From a virus (taxonomy: Duplodnaviria; Heunggongvirae; Uroviricota; Caudoviricetes), in the IMG/VR virus record IMGVR_UViG_3300025011_000002: a stretch of 43,010 nucleotides of DNA. The stretch is one strand, 5' to 3'. Positions 1 to 8,519 of this stretch are shown here, piece by piece. The position numbers and the translations under genes are program-made. The notes beneath the pieces are model-generated. The model searched no databases. It saw only the letters and a program-made list of their open reading frames with translations, and was not told the DNA's origin. Each line of letters begins with the position of its first letter. The first letter of the stretch is position 1.

Positions 1-188
1 GTCATAGAATAACCATTACCTTCTGGAACTTTTGTTATAATAGCTTCTGCTTGTTCGTTAGCACCAGCTTTAACACATGTTGGTAATGTTGAATTTGTAG
101 CACCAACAGAAAGCTTAACTGCTAAACCTAAATTTGTACTTGCTGAATAATCTGCTCCAGCGATTACAGAAATATTTTGTCCTTGCAT
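1..188 (-). CDS. Head decoration / capsid accessory protein (partial, runs off window start)
   Basis: Not in ORF track. ATG at 188 with AAGGA RBS; MQGQNISVIAGADYSASTNLGLAVKLSVGATNSTLPTCVKAGANEQAEAII..., small Ala/Gly/Val-rich beta-type sequence directly after the scaffold gene. Confidence 0.55.
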   Translation of the reverse strand, partial: MQGQNISVIAGADYSASTNLGLAVKLSVGATNSTLPTCVKAGANEQAEAIITKVPEGNGYSM

Positions 189-207
189 TTCTTTTTTTCC
201 TTCTTAA

Positions 208-1035
208 TTACTTCTTTTCAAATTGCATTTCTCTAAGAACTACACCAAATTCTCTACCTTCTGCTTCTGCTTTCGCTTTAGCATTTTTAATAAGAAGTTC
301 ATCTTCATCAACTTCTGCTTCTCCAGAAGAAGTTTCCGTTCCTGTTTCTGTGGTAAGAGTTTCATTCTCTTGGTTTTTAATTTTTAAAGCTTCTAATACT
401 GTTTCTTTTGTTGCTTCATCTTCAATAGCATCAATTTTTCTTAATTTAGCTGCAACTTCTTCAGGAGTTCCTACTAAATGAGAAAATTCATCTTTTGCTT
501 TTGCAACATATTGAGCTTGAATAAGGTCTTCTTGTGCTTGAGCCATTGCATCTTCGTCAGCTTTAGCTTTAGTTTCAAAATCTGCTACTTTTGTTTCAAG
601 TTCAGTTTTTTCATTTGTTAAAGTTTCAATTTGAGCTTGTAATGAAATAACTAAATCTTGAGATTCTTGCAATTTAGTTTGAAGTTCAGTAGAACCTTCA
701 TTTTCACTTGTTTGAGGTGCGAATGCGCTAATTACTTTAGCAAAACCATCTTCAAGAGCTTTTGCAAAAGCATTAGTTTGTTCTGTGTTGTCCATTGTGT
801 TCTCCGTACTTAAATCATTTTGGTTTGTTTTATCATCTAATATATTATCTTCAACTTCATCTATAGAATCAGCATTGGGGGTTGCATCATCTTTATTTAA
901 AGTTTCAATAACATTGGGGGATTCTTCTTCACTATCTTCTTTTTTATTAAAGATGGAAATAAAAGTTTTTATTTTTGATTTCTTTTCTCTTTTTTTATGT
1001 GCTGTTTCTGCACCTGTATTTTTATTTACAAACAT
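208..1035 (-). CDS. Capsid scaffolding protein
   Basis: Highly acidic, heptad-like coiled-coil segment (LQTKLQESQDLVISLQAQIETLTNEKTELETKV); lies directly after the prohead protease. Confidence 0.65.
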   Translation of the reverse strand: MFVNKNTGAETAHKKREKKSKIKTFISIFNKKEDSEEESPNVIETLNKDDATPNADSIDEVEDNILDDKTNQNDLSTENTMDNTEQTNAFAKALEDGFAKVISAFAPQTSENEGSTELQTKLQESQDLVISLQAQIETLTNEKTELETKVADFETKAKADEDAMAQAQEDLIQAQYVAKAKDEFSHLVGTPEEVAAKLRKIDAIEDEATKETVLEALKIKNQENETLTTETGTETSSGEAEVDEDELLIKNAKAKAEAEGREFGVVLREMQFEKK

Positions 1036-1607
1036 TATTTTTTAAACCTCTTATTGCATTTATCCATAATTTCTTTATCAGACATTCTTAATACACTATT
1101 TAATGCACCTATATCATCTGCTATATTATGTTCTAAACAATCTTGAGCTTTTAAATAAATATCAGAATTATTACAATCAAAAGAAAGTTTTGCAAAAAAT
1201 CCACTAGGTTGTTTACATTTTTTATCTAACAAATCAAACATCCAAGCTCTTGTATCTTTTATATTATTTACATCAGCTTCCATATCTGTTGTTTTACCAT
1301 ATGTTCCACCAGAAGGTTCATGTATGAGAAGTGTACTTGATTCTCCCATAACCCTATAATCTGATGCTGCAAATAATACTGCTGCACAACTTGCTGATAT
1401 TCCAGAATTTATACAAACAACTGGTTTATTTGAAGCTGCCATACAATCTAATATTTTATTTAGAGCGTAAACATAGCCACCACCAGAAGTTTGATTTACT
1501 ATAGCATATGGTTGATTTGAATTTTCAACAGCCAACATATATCTTATAAAACTATCGGCAGCCCAATTATCAAAGCCTCCCATATTAAATATCTTAACTT
1601 CAGCCAT
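1035..1607 (-). CDS. ClpP-family head maturation protease
   Basis: ClpP motifs QTSGGG, GISASCAAVLFAAS (catalytic Ser) and LLIHEPSGG (catalytic His); between portal and scaffold. Confidence 0.85.
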   Translation of the reverse strand: MAEVKIFNMGGFDNWAADSFIRYMLAVENSNQPYAIVNQTSGGGYVYALNKILDCMAASNKPVVCINSGISASCAAVLFAASDYRVMGESSTLLIHEPSGGTYGKTTDMEADVNNIKDTRAWMFDLLDKKCKQPSGFFAKLSFDCNNSDIYLKAQDCLEHNIADDIGALNSVLRMSDKEIMDKCNKRFKK

Positions 1608-2919
1608 TATTAGTTCCTTTATTACTCGTATTATTTCCTACTACTTTATTGTCTTTATTGGCTTTATTTAAATCTTCTTGAGTTACTTTTGGGAAATCTT
1701 CTCCAAAATACATTTCACCAATAGCATTTTGCCTATCAACATTCATTGTAAGTATTTTACTTTGTAAAATTAAAGCAGATGTTAATAATTCGAGTTCTTG
1801 AAGATTAGTATGAGTTAATTCTGGATATTTATCAGGATAAAAACCATTAACATTACAAATTTGAGGAATAAGTTTTTTATTTATCTCATTTTTTATAATA
1901 TCTAATAAACTTCCAATAAAAGAACTATATATTTTTACTTTTGTTTGAGCTATATTTCCTGATGCTGCATTATTATGACCTAACAAAACAAAGTCAGATA
2001 ATAAACTTATTGCTATATCTCTATTACATCTTTCTATAATTCTATCTGTATCTTGAGTTATTTGTCCTGTAATTGGCTCTGTAGTATATTCAAAACCAGG
2101 GTCAGAAGGAATTAAAATATAAGAATCTTGAGAATTAGATATATTAGCTAAACCTTTTCTTATTGAAGTTATAAAGGCTTGAGCTTTAGTATTATTTTTA
2201 TCTAACCAATTCATAGGAACAGAGAATTTATTTATTCCTCTTGAATCTTTGTGAACTCTTATTGTTTCATCAATGGAGATTGTTTTCTTTGTATGATATG
2301 ATGTAAAACAATTCCTTAATAAAGCCATACCTTCTGGAGAACCATCAATAGAATCCATTTTAAAATGAAGAAGTTTATTATAATCAAGTTTTATTTTCTT
2401 AAAAGTATTTGGGTCTAATTGCCAAACTCCCTTTATATTATAATTAGGGTCTAAATCCCAACTATCTATTGTAGGACTTCTTCTTTTGGCTAATTTTTTT
2501 ATACCAAAATATCCATCTTTTCTTTTTTTATAAACTATTTCAGTTAAACCGAATCCATAAGCAAATACAGAACTTATAACAAATTTTACAAAATCAGAAA
2601 AGCTTTCTTCCATATCATCAAATATACAAGATGATACTAAGTCTCTTATTTTTTTATCTTTAGCGGAATCAGAAGCTTCTTTTATTTTATATTTACTTTT
2701 TGAACCCAATACTGTGGTTAATTTAAAATTAGCACCTATAAATGGGTCATTAAGAATCATTTCAGTAAACCATTTATATTTATTGGAGCCATATAATAAT
2801 GGTAATGGGTCATATTTAGGAGTAGACCCACCAGATATTGAATAACAAAATTCAGCACCAGTTACGCCATGCTCTGTTGTTGAAGCTGCTATATTTTTTC
2901 TGTTTCTTTTTTTAGCCAT
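1600..2919 (-). CDS. Portal protein (DUF935/Mu gp29-like)
   Basis: 439 aa directly after TerL; YGFGLTEIVY and GSPEGMALLRNC segments resemble portal motifs. Confidence 0.75.
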   Translation of the reverse strand: MAKKRNRKNIAASTTEHGVTGAEFCYSISGGSTPKYDPLPLLYGSNKYKWFTEMILNDPFIGANFKLTTVLGSKSKYKIKEASDSAKDKKIRDLVSSCIFDDMEESFSDFVKFVISSVFAYGFGLTEIVYKKRKDGYFGIKKLAKRRSPTIDSWDLDPNYNIKGVWQLDPNTFKKIKLDYNKLLHFKMDSIDGSPEGMALLRNCFTSYHTKKTISIDETIRVHKDSRGINKFSVPMNWLDKNNTKAQAFITSIRKGLANISNSQDSYILIPSDPGFEYTTEPITGQITQDTDRIIERCNRDIAISLLSDFVLLGHNNAASGNIAQTKVKIYSSFIGSLLDIIKNEINKKLIPQICNVNGFYPDKYPELTHTNLQELELLTSALILQSKILTMNVDRQNAIGEMYFGEDFPKVTQEDLNKANKDNKVVGNNTSNKGTNNG

Positions 2920-2924
2920 TATAA

Positions 2925-4610
2925 TTAATTACCTGAAATGTTATCTATAAAATCCATATTTAAATAAGGGTCAATTGCTTCTGTTTCAGCAAACGCCATT
3001 ATTATGGCATCAAATTTATCTGGTGATTTTTTAATTATTTTCTTAATATCTTCTTTTGAAGATATAATTATTTGTCCTTTTGGCATTTTCTTATAAGAAT
3101 AAGCAGCCATTTGTTTCTTTAATTCAAGAGAAGGAGGAAGAAGAATAGATTTAGAATCATCAGTTCTTATAGGATTTAATAATTCTCTTATATTCCAACA
3201 GATTTCATCTCTTTTTCTGTTGAACATCAGTTTCTTTTCTTGTGTATCTTCAATTTGTTGAAGAGTAAATGGGTCTGGAAGACCAGGAGAAGAACCAGAA
3301 ACTACTGCTACTACTTGAGGTAAATCTTTTCTTTCTAAAAGTAAATCATATACTGGTTTACCTATAGCATCTCTTTCTATTTTTATTAAAGATACTTCAG
3401 GAAATTGTTCATATACTTCAGCAATTTTTCTAACTAAATCTGGAGCATTTAAATCAAAAGATTCTGAATAAATTATTTTATTGCCGTTTCTTATTGCTAT
3501 TGAAGAATCATCTCTACCTAAACCGCCAGCAACGTCAATTCCCATCTCAAATGGTCCATATTGATGTGCTTCTGGATTATGATAGTTATCAAATGCTTTA
3601 GCTATCCAATCGCTAGGATATAATGAACTACTATTCTCATTAGGAAACTCTGCGAGAACCCTTGTTAAAAATTCATAAGAATTAATATCCATACCACAAC
3701 GAGTTAATTCTATATCAACTTCTATTGGGTTAATAAGGTGTTCTCCGAATGGAAGTTTTTGTTTTACTTGCAATTCCCATTCGTCTAATGTATCATTTTT
3801 TAATGCTTTTTTATAATTTGTTCCGCAATATATATCTAATTTATTGCGCCAATGTTTAACATCATTAATATCTCTAAAGTAATCATCTAATTTAATATTA
3901 GGTTCTACAAAAGATGGCGTATCAAACGCAGATATTTTTATTTGATGGAAAACTGAATTAGGTCCAAATGATTCATAAAATTCACCACATTTACCATAAG
4001 GAAGTGTAGTGTTTCCAATCATTACCTCTTTAACTATTGTACCAGATTTAACAATACCCTTAAAATCAGAGTACATTTTATCTGTAATACCTTGAGCTTC
4101 ATCATAAATAATTAAAACATAAGTACCATGCTTACCTACTGTTTTGTTTTCTCCAGACGATGAAACACCTTTTATATAATCTTTGTTTCTAAATCTTATT
4201 TCTGCTGTATTTTGGTTATCAGATACCCTGCCTATAAATTCTACATCATCTCCAAATTGCTCTTTCATAAAAGTATTTGCATCTTCTATAAATTCTTTTA
4301 CGTTAGCAAATATATTTTCTCTAACTTGGTCAAATGTAGGAGCAGTAAATACTATGATTAAATTTTTCTTTGGATTTGGGTCCATATAACAGTAAAAGAA
4401 CCAAAGTATAAGAGCCGATATACAAAATGATTTACCAACAGAGTTTGCAGACCTTACCGACACCCTCTTATATTTTTTTACTGCCTTAATAATATCTTTT
4501 TGATGAAAAGGAATCTTTACATTAAGAAATTCCTTCATAAAAATGTCTGGGTTTTCTTTCCAAATTTCTCTTCTTTCAAAAAGTTCAGCTAAATTCTTAA
4601 ATTCAGACAT
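2925..4610 (-). CDS. terL: Terminase large subunit
   Basis: Walker A SANSVGKS, Walker B LIIYDEAQG, RNase H-like nuclease motifs GIDVAGGLGRDDS and KSPDKFDA. Confidence 0.93.
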   Translation of the reverse strand: MSEFKNLAELFERREIWKENPDIFMKEFLNVKIPFHQKDIIKAVKKYKRVSVRSANSVGKSFCISALILWFFYCYMDPNPKKNLIIVFTAPTFDQVRENIFANVKEFIEDANTFMKEQFGDDVEFIGRVSDNQNTAEIRFRNKDYIKGVSSSGENKTVGKHGTYVLIIYDEAQGITDKMYSDFKGIVKSGTIVKEVMIGNTTLPYGKCGEFYESFGPNSVFHQIKISAFDTPSFVEPNIKLDDYFRDINDVKHWRNKLDIYCGTNYKKALKNDTLDEWELQVKQKLPFGEHLINPIEVDIELTRCGMDINSYEFLTRVLAEFPNENSSSLYPSDWIAKAFDNYHNPEAHQYGPFEMGIDVAGGLGRDDSSIAIRNGNKIIYSESFDLNAPDLVRKIAEVYEQFPEVSLIKIERDAIGKPVYDLLLERKDLPQVVAVVSGSSPGLPDPFTLQQIEDTQEKKLMFNRKRDEICWNIRELLNPIRTDDSKSILLPPSLELKKQMAAYSYKKMPKGQIIISSKEDIKKIIKKSPDKFDAIIMAFAETEAIDPYLNMDFIDNISGN

Positions 4611-4653
4611 ACAATCTCTTTATATAATATTTTTAAATTTGATTAAAATAAAA

Positions 4654-4678
4654 TAGAGGATATTCTTTCAATCCTCTA
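4654..4678. promoter_or_regulatory. Hairpin in the terL leader
   Basis: 8-bp stem tagaggat/atcctcta with 9-nt loop, upstream of the terL start. Confidence 0.4.
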
Positions 4679-4734
4679 TATTTTTAAAAGAAAAAATTTT
4701 AAAAAGGGTAAATATATATTTTAATTATACCCAC

Positions 4735-4829
4735 ATAAATACTATATCAAATTTTTTAAAAAACTTCTACACTTTTATAAAAAATAAATAAAAAGTAGAT
4801 ATTTTTGTGAAATAAGATATAGTATTTAT
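4735..4829. promoter_or_regulatory. 14-bp inverted repeat between divergent operons
   Basis: ataaatactatatc at 4735-4748 and gatatagtatttat at 4816-4829. Confidence 0.5.
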
Positions 4830-4846
4830 ACGGTGATTTACAACAT

Positions 4847-5512
4847 ATGGAAAAAACAATGATAAAAAGAACAAAAAGAACACTAAAACATAAACATATG
4901 TTAAAAAATGGAACAAAAATCAATAAAATACCGCATAAACGTAAGTATTTTATCAAAAAAAGAGTGTTAGAAGATAATAAAATATATAAAAGATACCCAA
5001 TTAATATTCCTATAAACATATTAGATACAGCATGGGAATTAATGCAAGAAGATTATAAAATAAAAAATAAAGAAATAATACATCAAAGGGAATCTTTTGA
5101 TACTTTTGCATATTTATTCTTTTACGAGATATTAAATTTTATAAAAAATGGATTTGGAATATATTTTTATGACCTTGGATTCTTTTTTTCAGAACAAACA
5201 GATATGAGAAAAATTAAAAAAAAGATAGATGGAACTAATTTTATATTTGAAGATTTTATAAAACCAGCATATGCCTTTAATAAAATATTTTGGAGAGAAT
5301 TATTAAAGTATTGGAATCAAAATAATAAAAAATATTGGGATGCAAGAAAAAAAATAAATATAAAAGTTTGGCTATATAAAAATAAAGGTTATCAAAAAGA
5401 AGAATTTAAAAGTTATAAGGATATGTTAAATGATGTTTTTCAAAAATGTTTACGAAACTATAAATGCAATAAAAAAAGACTGCACAAATTTTTCCCAAAA
5501 CAAGTTTGTTAA
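4847..5512 (+). CDS. Basic protein with divergent HU/IHF-like domain
   Basis: EILNFIKNGFGIYFYDLGFF...KPAYAFNKIFWRELLK matches the HU pattern (helix, GxxV-x-GFGxF, arm, PxFxxxxxLK); Lys/Arg-rich N-terminus. Confidence 0.45.
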   Translation: MEKTMIKRTKRTLKHKHMLKNGTKINKIPHKRKYFIKKRVLEDNKIYKRYPINIPINILDTAWELMQEDYKIKNKEIIHQRESFDTFAYLFFYEILNFIKNGFGIYFYDLGFFFSEQTDMRKIKKKIDGTNFIFEDFIKPAYAFNKIFWRELLKYWNQNNKKYWDARKKINIKVWLYKNKGYQKEEFKSYKDMLNDVFQKCLRNYKCNKKRLHKFFPKQVC

Positions 5513-5513
5513 A

Positions 5514-5882
5514 ATGATTTGCCGTAAACATAAATTTCCCCTGCAAGAATTTAAAATTTATACAAAATATTTAATACAAGCAATATTAAAAGAATATGTG
5601 AAAGAATCTTACGTTAATATAGAAAATTTTGGTCTATTTTCAAACAAAATAAATGTTGGCACATATAGACATGTATTAAGAAATATCGAGGTTAAAATTC
5701 CAAGTCATGTAGTTCCATTATTTATATATGACACAAAAGCAAGAGACTTTATAAATGGATATAATTATTTTGAAGATAGAACTAGCTGGCAAAAAGAACA
5801 TGATGAAAGAGAAAGAATAAAGAAAGAAAAGTATAAACAAAGGTATGCCGAGATTAACAACATAAAGGATTCAGATGTCTAA
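5514..5882 (+). CDS. HU/IHF-like DNA-binding protein
   Basis: Probable start ATG 5514 just after the upstream stop (ORF opens at 5430); YVNIENFGLFSNKINVGTYRHVLRNIEVKIPSHVVPLFIYDTKARDFIN aligns by eye with the HU beta-arm region. Confidence 0.55.
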   Translation: MICRKHKFPLQEFKIYTKYLIQAILKEYVKESYVNIENFGLFSNKINVGTYRHVLRNIEVKIPSHVVPLFIYDTKARDFINGYNYFEDRTSWQKEHDERERIKKEKYKQRYAEINNIKDSDV

Positions 5883-6171
5883 GAAGCAAAAACACAAAAA
5901 AATTGCGAAAAGCTGTTTAGTGTGCGGAAAAGAATTATTTGATAAAAAAGAAAAGATTGCTTTTCGTGTTGACAAAACAAAAGGACACAAAGAACATAAT
6001 ATTATTATTATATGTGAAGATTGCCATAGGATATTTAATAATGAAACAATATATGATATTTATATTGACATAAGAAATATAGAAACATATTTTAAAGAAT
6101 TTGGAAAGACTTATTTAAATATGTTTTATCAAAAGATTTATAGATTAAGAATGAAAAACAAAAAAGGCTAG
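5875..6171 (+). CDS. HNH-like zinc-binding endonuclease (degenerate)
   Basis: CLVCG...GHKEHNIIIICEDCH; the first His of the HNH motif is not evident. Confidence 0.55.
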   Translation: MSKKQKHKKIAKSCLVCGKELFDKKEKIAFRVDKTKGHKEHNIIIICEDCHRIFNNETIYDIYIDIRNIETYFKEFGKTYLNMFYQKIYRLRMKNKKG

Positions 6172-6190
6172 TCGTTAGACTAGCCTTTTT
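6161..6190. terminator. Bidirectional intrinsic terminator
   Basis: aaaaaggctagtc-gtta-gactagccttttt, 13-bp stem between the convergent HNH gene and tmRNA. Confidence 0.85.
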
Positions 6191-6410
6191 CTTTGGGATT
6201 TTATGCTGCTATTGCAACATTTTGTGAAAAATCCAAACACACAACATTTTTGCCTTTTGTTGTTTTTCTTGTTGATAACGAAGAACAGTCTCCGACTGCG
6301 AGTTTATTCACATCTACCATGTCAAAACCTGGCGACCCCAAGTATGGAATCGGTGGGAATCGAACCCACGTCCACAACAAACGCCTATAAACCTTCTACA
6401 GTTTAGCTCT
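6191..6410 (-). ncRNA. ssrA: Circularly permuted (two-piece) tmRNA
   Basis: Minus strand: CUAAACUGUAG...GGAC, T-arm GUGGG-UUCGAUU-CCCAC, CGAUUCC-A (6352-6345), linker UACUU, then 5' end GGGGUCG (6339-6333; G3.U70) CCAGGUUUUGAC, helix-2 strands, pk1 (CGGAG/CUUCG; UGUU/AACA), tag ORF and helix 5. Outer ends approximate. Confidence 0.9.
6201..6254 (-). other. tmRNA proteolysis tag reading frame (A)GKNVVCLDFSQNVAIAA*
   Basis: Inferred GGC resume codon at 6254 after pk1 and an A-rich spacer; ends in AIAA-stop, a typical ClpXP degron; UGUUGC/GCAGCA hairpin over the last codons. Confidence 0.85.
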
Positions 6411-6578
6411 TTTAAAGATTGAGCAATCTATTTCTTCTACTCTATAAAGTTTAACTTCTCTTGATTTATTAATACTTCTACATAAAAAGAAATCAGCCTC
6501 TTCTGGAGTATCAAAAAAATTATTATCGTAACGACCATATTGGTCATTGTAAACAGTAACTAAATACTTTTCTATCAT
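6396..6578 (-). CDS. Hypothetical protein (stop codon overlaps the tmRNA acceptor piece)
   Basis: 60-aa ORF co-oriented with neighbours; no recognisable motif. Confidence 0.6.
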   Translation of the reverse strand: MIEKYLVTVYNDQYGRYDNNFFDTPEEADFFLCRSINKSREVKLYRVEEIDCSIFKRAKL

Positions 6579-6586
6579 CTTTGCTT

Positions 6587-7087
6587 TTAATCACCTTCTT
6601 TCATATTAGTTTTATATCTTTCTATATCTATCATTAAATCTTCCACTAATCTTTCTGCTGCTGCAAAATATTTAACTTTACCTTTATCTTCTTCATTTTC
6701 AATATCTATTATAGGAGGTTTATAGTATTCAGAATTAGGGTCTTTTCTTTGTCTTTCAATATCTACTAACATTAAACTAACTTTAACCTTAAATATTTCT
6801 TTTTCTAAATCATCTATCTTATACTCATTAACAATAGTATTTAATTCTTTTAAAGTAATTTGAATAGTAAAGTCTGTTGGTCTTTGTATAGCTCTTGTAA
6901 TATATTCTACTTCTCTTTTAGCAAACTTATTATATAATAAATCATAATCCCTAAATTCATTCCTTGTTAGTCTAAGAATATTACCAGTTTTAACAAAGAA
7001 TAATTCTAAAAGTTCTTCCTCTGGATTTGATAAATCCTGCGTTAAATAAGTTATCTTTAATACATTCATCTGGTTTTTTGGAAACAT
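6587..7087 (-). CDS. Hypothetical protein
   Basis: Intact 166-aa ORF with GAGG RBS; no motif recognised. Confidence 0.7.
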   Translation of the reverse strand: MFPKNQMNVLKITYLTQDLSNPEEELLELFFVKTGNILRLTRNEFRDYDLLYNKFAKREVEYITRAIQRPTDFTIQITLKELNTIVNEYKIDDLEKEIFKVKVSLMLVDIERQRKDPNSEYYKPPIIDIENEEDKGKVKYFAAAERLVEDLMIDIERYKTNMKEGD

Positions 7088-7102
7088 ATAAACCTCCAGT
7101 AT

Positions 7103-7480
7103 TTATATATTAATATCTATTTTTTTATTACCTTTAAATGTAATTAATCCTTTTGCTTCTTTATTTAATGTAGGTATAACTTCTTTAACATAGTCTTTAT
7201 TATTTATTTTTATCCCTCTTAATTTATTTAAATAATTTTGTATATTCTTTATAAATTCTGGATAAGCTTTAAGCCATTTATCAAAAGGAATATTACCTCT
7301 TAAATTATTTATATCTTTATCTACCATTAAATAATTTGATTCTATATTTTTACCACCATTACAATGAGGTAATATATGCTCTACTGTTCTGTTTTCTCTT
7401 GCAACTTCTTTACCAGTATAAGCATCTGTTGAAACATAATCTTTTAATTTGGATTTATATCCAAAACTAATAGGAAACAT
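7103..7480 (-). CDS. HNH-family protein (bacterial-type, xxISFG N-terminus)
   Basis: TVEHILPHCNGGKNIESNYLMVDKDINNLRGN is an HNH core without the CxxC pairs. Confidence 0.7.
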   Translation of the reverse strand: MFPISFGYKSKLKDYVSTDAYTGKEVARENRTVEHILPHCNGGKNIESNYLMVDKDINNLRGNIPFDKWLKAYPEFIKNIQNYLNKLRGIKINNKDYVKEVIPTLNKEAKGLITFKGNKKIDINI

Positions 7481-7943
7481 ATTTTACGCCATCATATTTT
7501 AAAACTTGTTTTCTGTTTCTTGTTTTAGAATATGAAACATGAACCCATACTGCTTTACCAACTCTTTCTAAAATTAACTGGTCAAATATAAGATTATGTC
7601 TTATATATTCTACTATCTCTTCTACGGTATGTGTCACAATAGTAAAATCTACAGCTTCACCTTTACAATGTTGAGATGTTGATGAACTACCTATTTTTGC
7701 GTTTAGATTAGGGCATCTAAAGAATGAACTTATATTTGGTAGAGTTTTAAAATGAGCTACAACAGGCTCTAAAACTTTATTTATTAATAAAGTAGCTGCC
7801 GATATTATGTTAGCATTAGCTGTATTATCAATACCTAAATTTACTGCTGTTGTAGAATATATTACATTATATAAAGTAAAATATTTAGATAACTTTTGTT
7901 CTTTAGCTTTTGAAAGATATTCTTTATTATACATAGCATTCAC
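7467..7943 (-). CDS. Peptidase M15A-family cell-wall peptidase (possible endolysin)
   Basis: SFFRCPNLNAKIGSSSTSQHCKGEAVDF and WVHVSY carry the Zn ligands H, D, H of M15 peptidases. Confidence 0.85.
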   Translation of the reverse strand: MNAMYNKEYLSKAKEQKLSKYFTLYNVIYSTTAVNLGIDNTANANIISAATLLINKVLEPVVAHFKTLPNISSFFRCPNLNAKIGSSSTSQHCKGEAVDFTIVTHTVEEIVEYIRHNLIFDQLILERVGKAVWVHVSYSKTRNRKQVLKYDGVKYVSY

Positions 7944-8138
7944 CTTGAAGTTTTATAAAATCATACATGAATACTATATCAAAATATTTACTTTTATTCT
8001 TAAAAAATATAAAATATTATAAAATAAAGTCATTTGGACTAAATAAATAAAAATATAAATATGTTGCTTATATTTTTAAATAAATATATTATAACTTTTA
8101 TTATTTAATCCATTTTATTTATTAATTGATGCTCAAAA

Positions 8139-8519
8139 TTAGTTTTTAGATAACTTATTTTTACTTATTTGTTCTAATCTCATTTTTTTCATTCTTTCTG
8201 AATTTTCTTTTTTTTGTTCCTCTGTTAACGTATTAAATGTTGGTACTCTAACAGATACCATTCTTTTTGGAACAATATATGTTTTACTAACATATGTTCC
8301 ATAATTATCTATTTTTTCTAATTGATATAATTCTGGAAAGTTTACACAGCATTTATCTAGCTTTTTAATTAAGGATGAATTATAAGTATAAACACTTGCC
8401 ATATTTTCTTCTTCATTAAAATTAATTATAGTTTCTTGTTCATATCTTGTAAGTTTATAATTATTTATTCTCTCTTTTACATCTTCTTGTGTAAGTATTA
8501 TTCTTTTTTTCTTAACCAT
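8139..8519 (-). CDS. Hypothetical protein
   Basis: Start re-set to ATG 8519 (GGAG RBS); EQETIINFNEEENMASVYTYN resembles a prophage hypothetical family (from memory). Confidence 0.65.
   Translation of the reverse strand: MVKKKRIILTQEDVKERINNYKLTRYEQETIINFNEEENMASVYTYNSSLIKKLDKCCVNFPELYQLEKIDNYGTYVSKTYIVPKRMVSVRVPTFNTLTEEQKKENSERMKKMRLEQISKNKLSKN

Noticed and set aside
6345-6373. tRNA gene suggested by the T-loop GGTTCGATTCCC
   Set aside because: No anticodon arm or D-arm; G3.U70, pk1, P2 and a tag frame identify it as tmRNA.
6193-6406. Plus-strand ORFs 6193-6390 and 6203-6406 in the track
   Set aside because: They are antisense shadows of the tmRNA gene, with no RBS or protein motif.
6345-6410. 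attP-type duplicated 3' fragment of a host ssrA
   Set aside because: The matching 5' half, pk1 and an intact tag ORF follow immediately and base-pair with this piece, so it is a complete permuted gene rather than an integration scar.
7467-7943. Complete lysis cassette
   Set aside because: No holin- or spanin-like gene is adjacent to the M15 peptidase, so its endolysin role remains unconfirmed.
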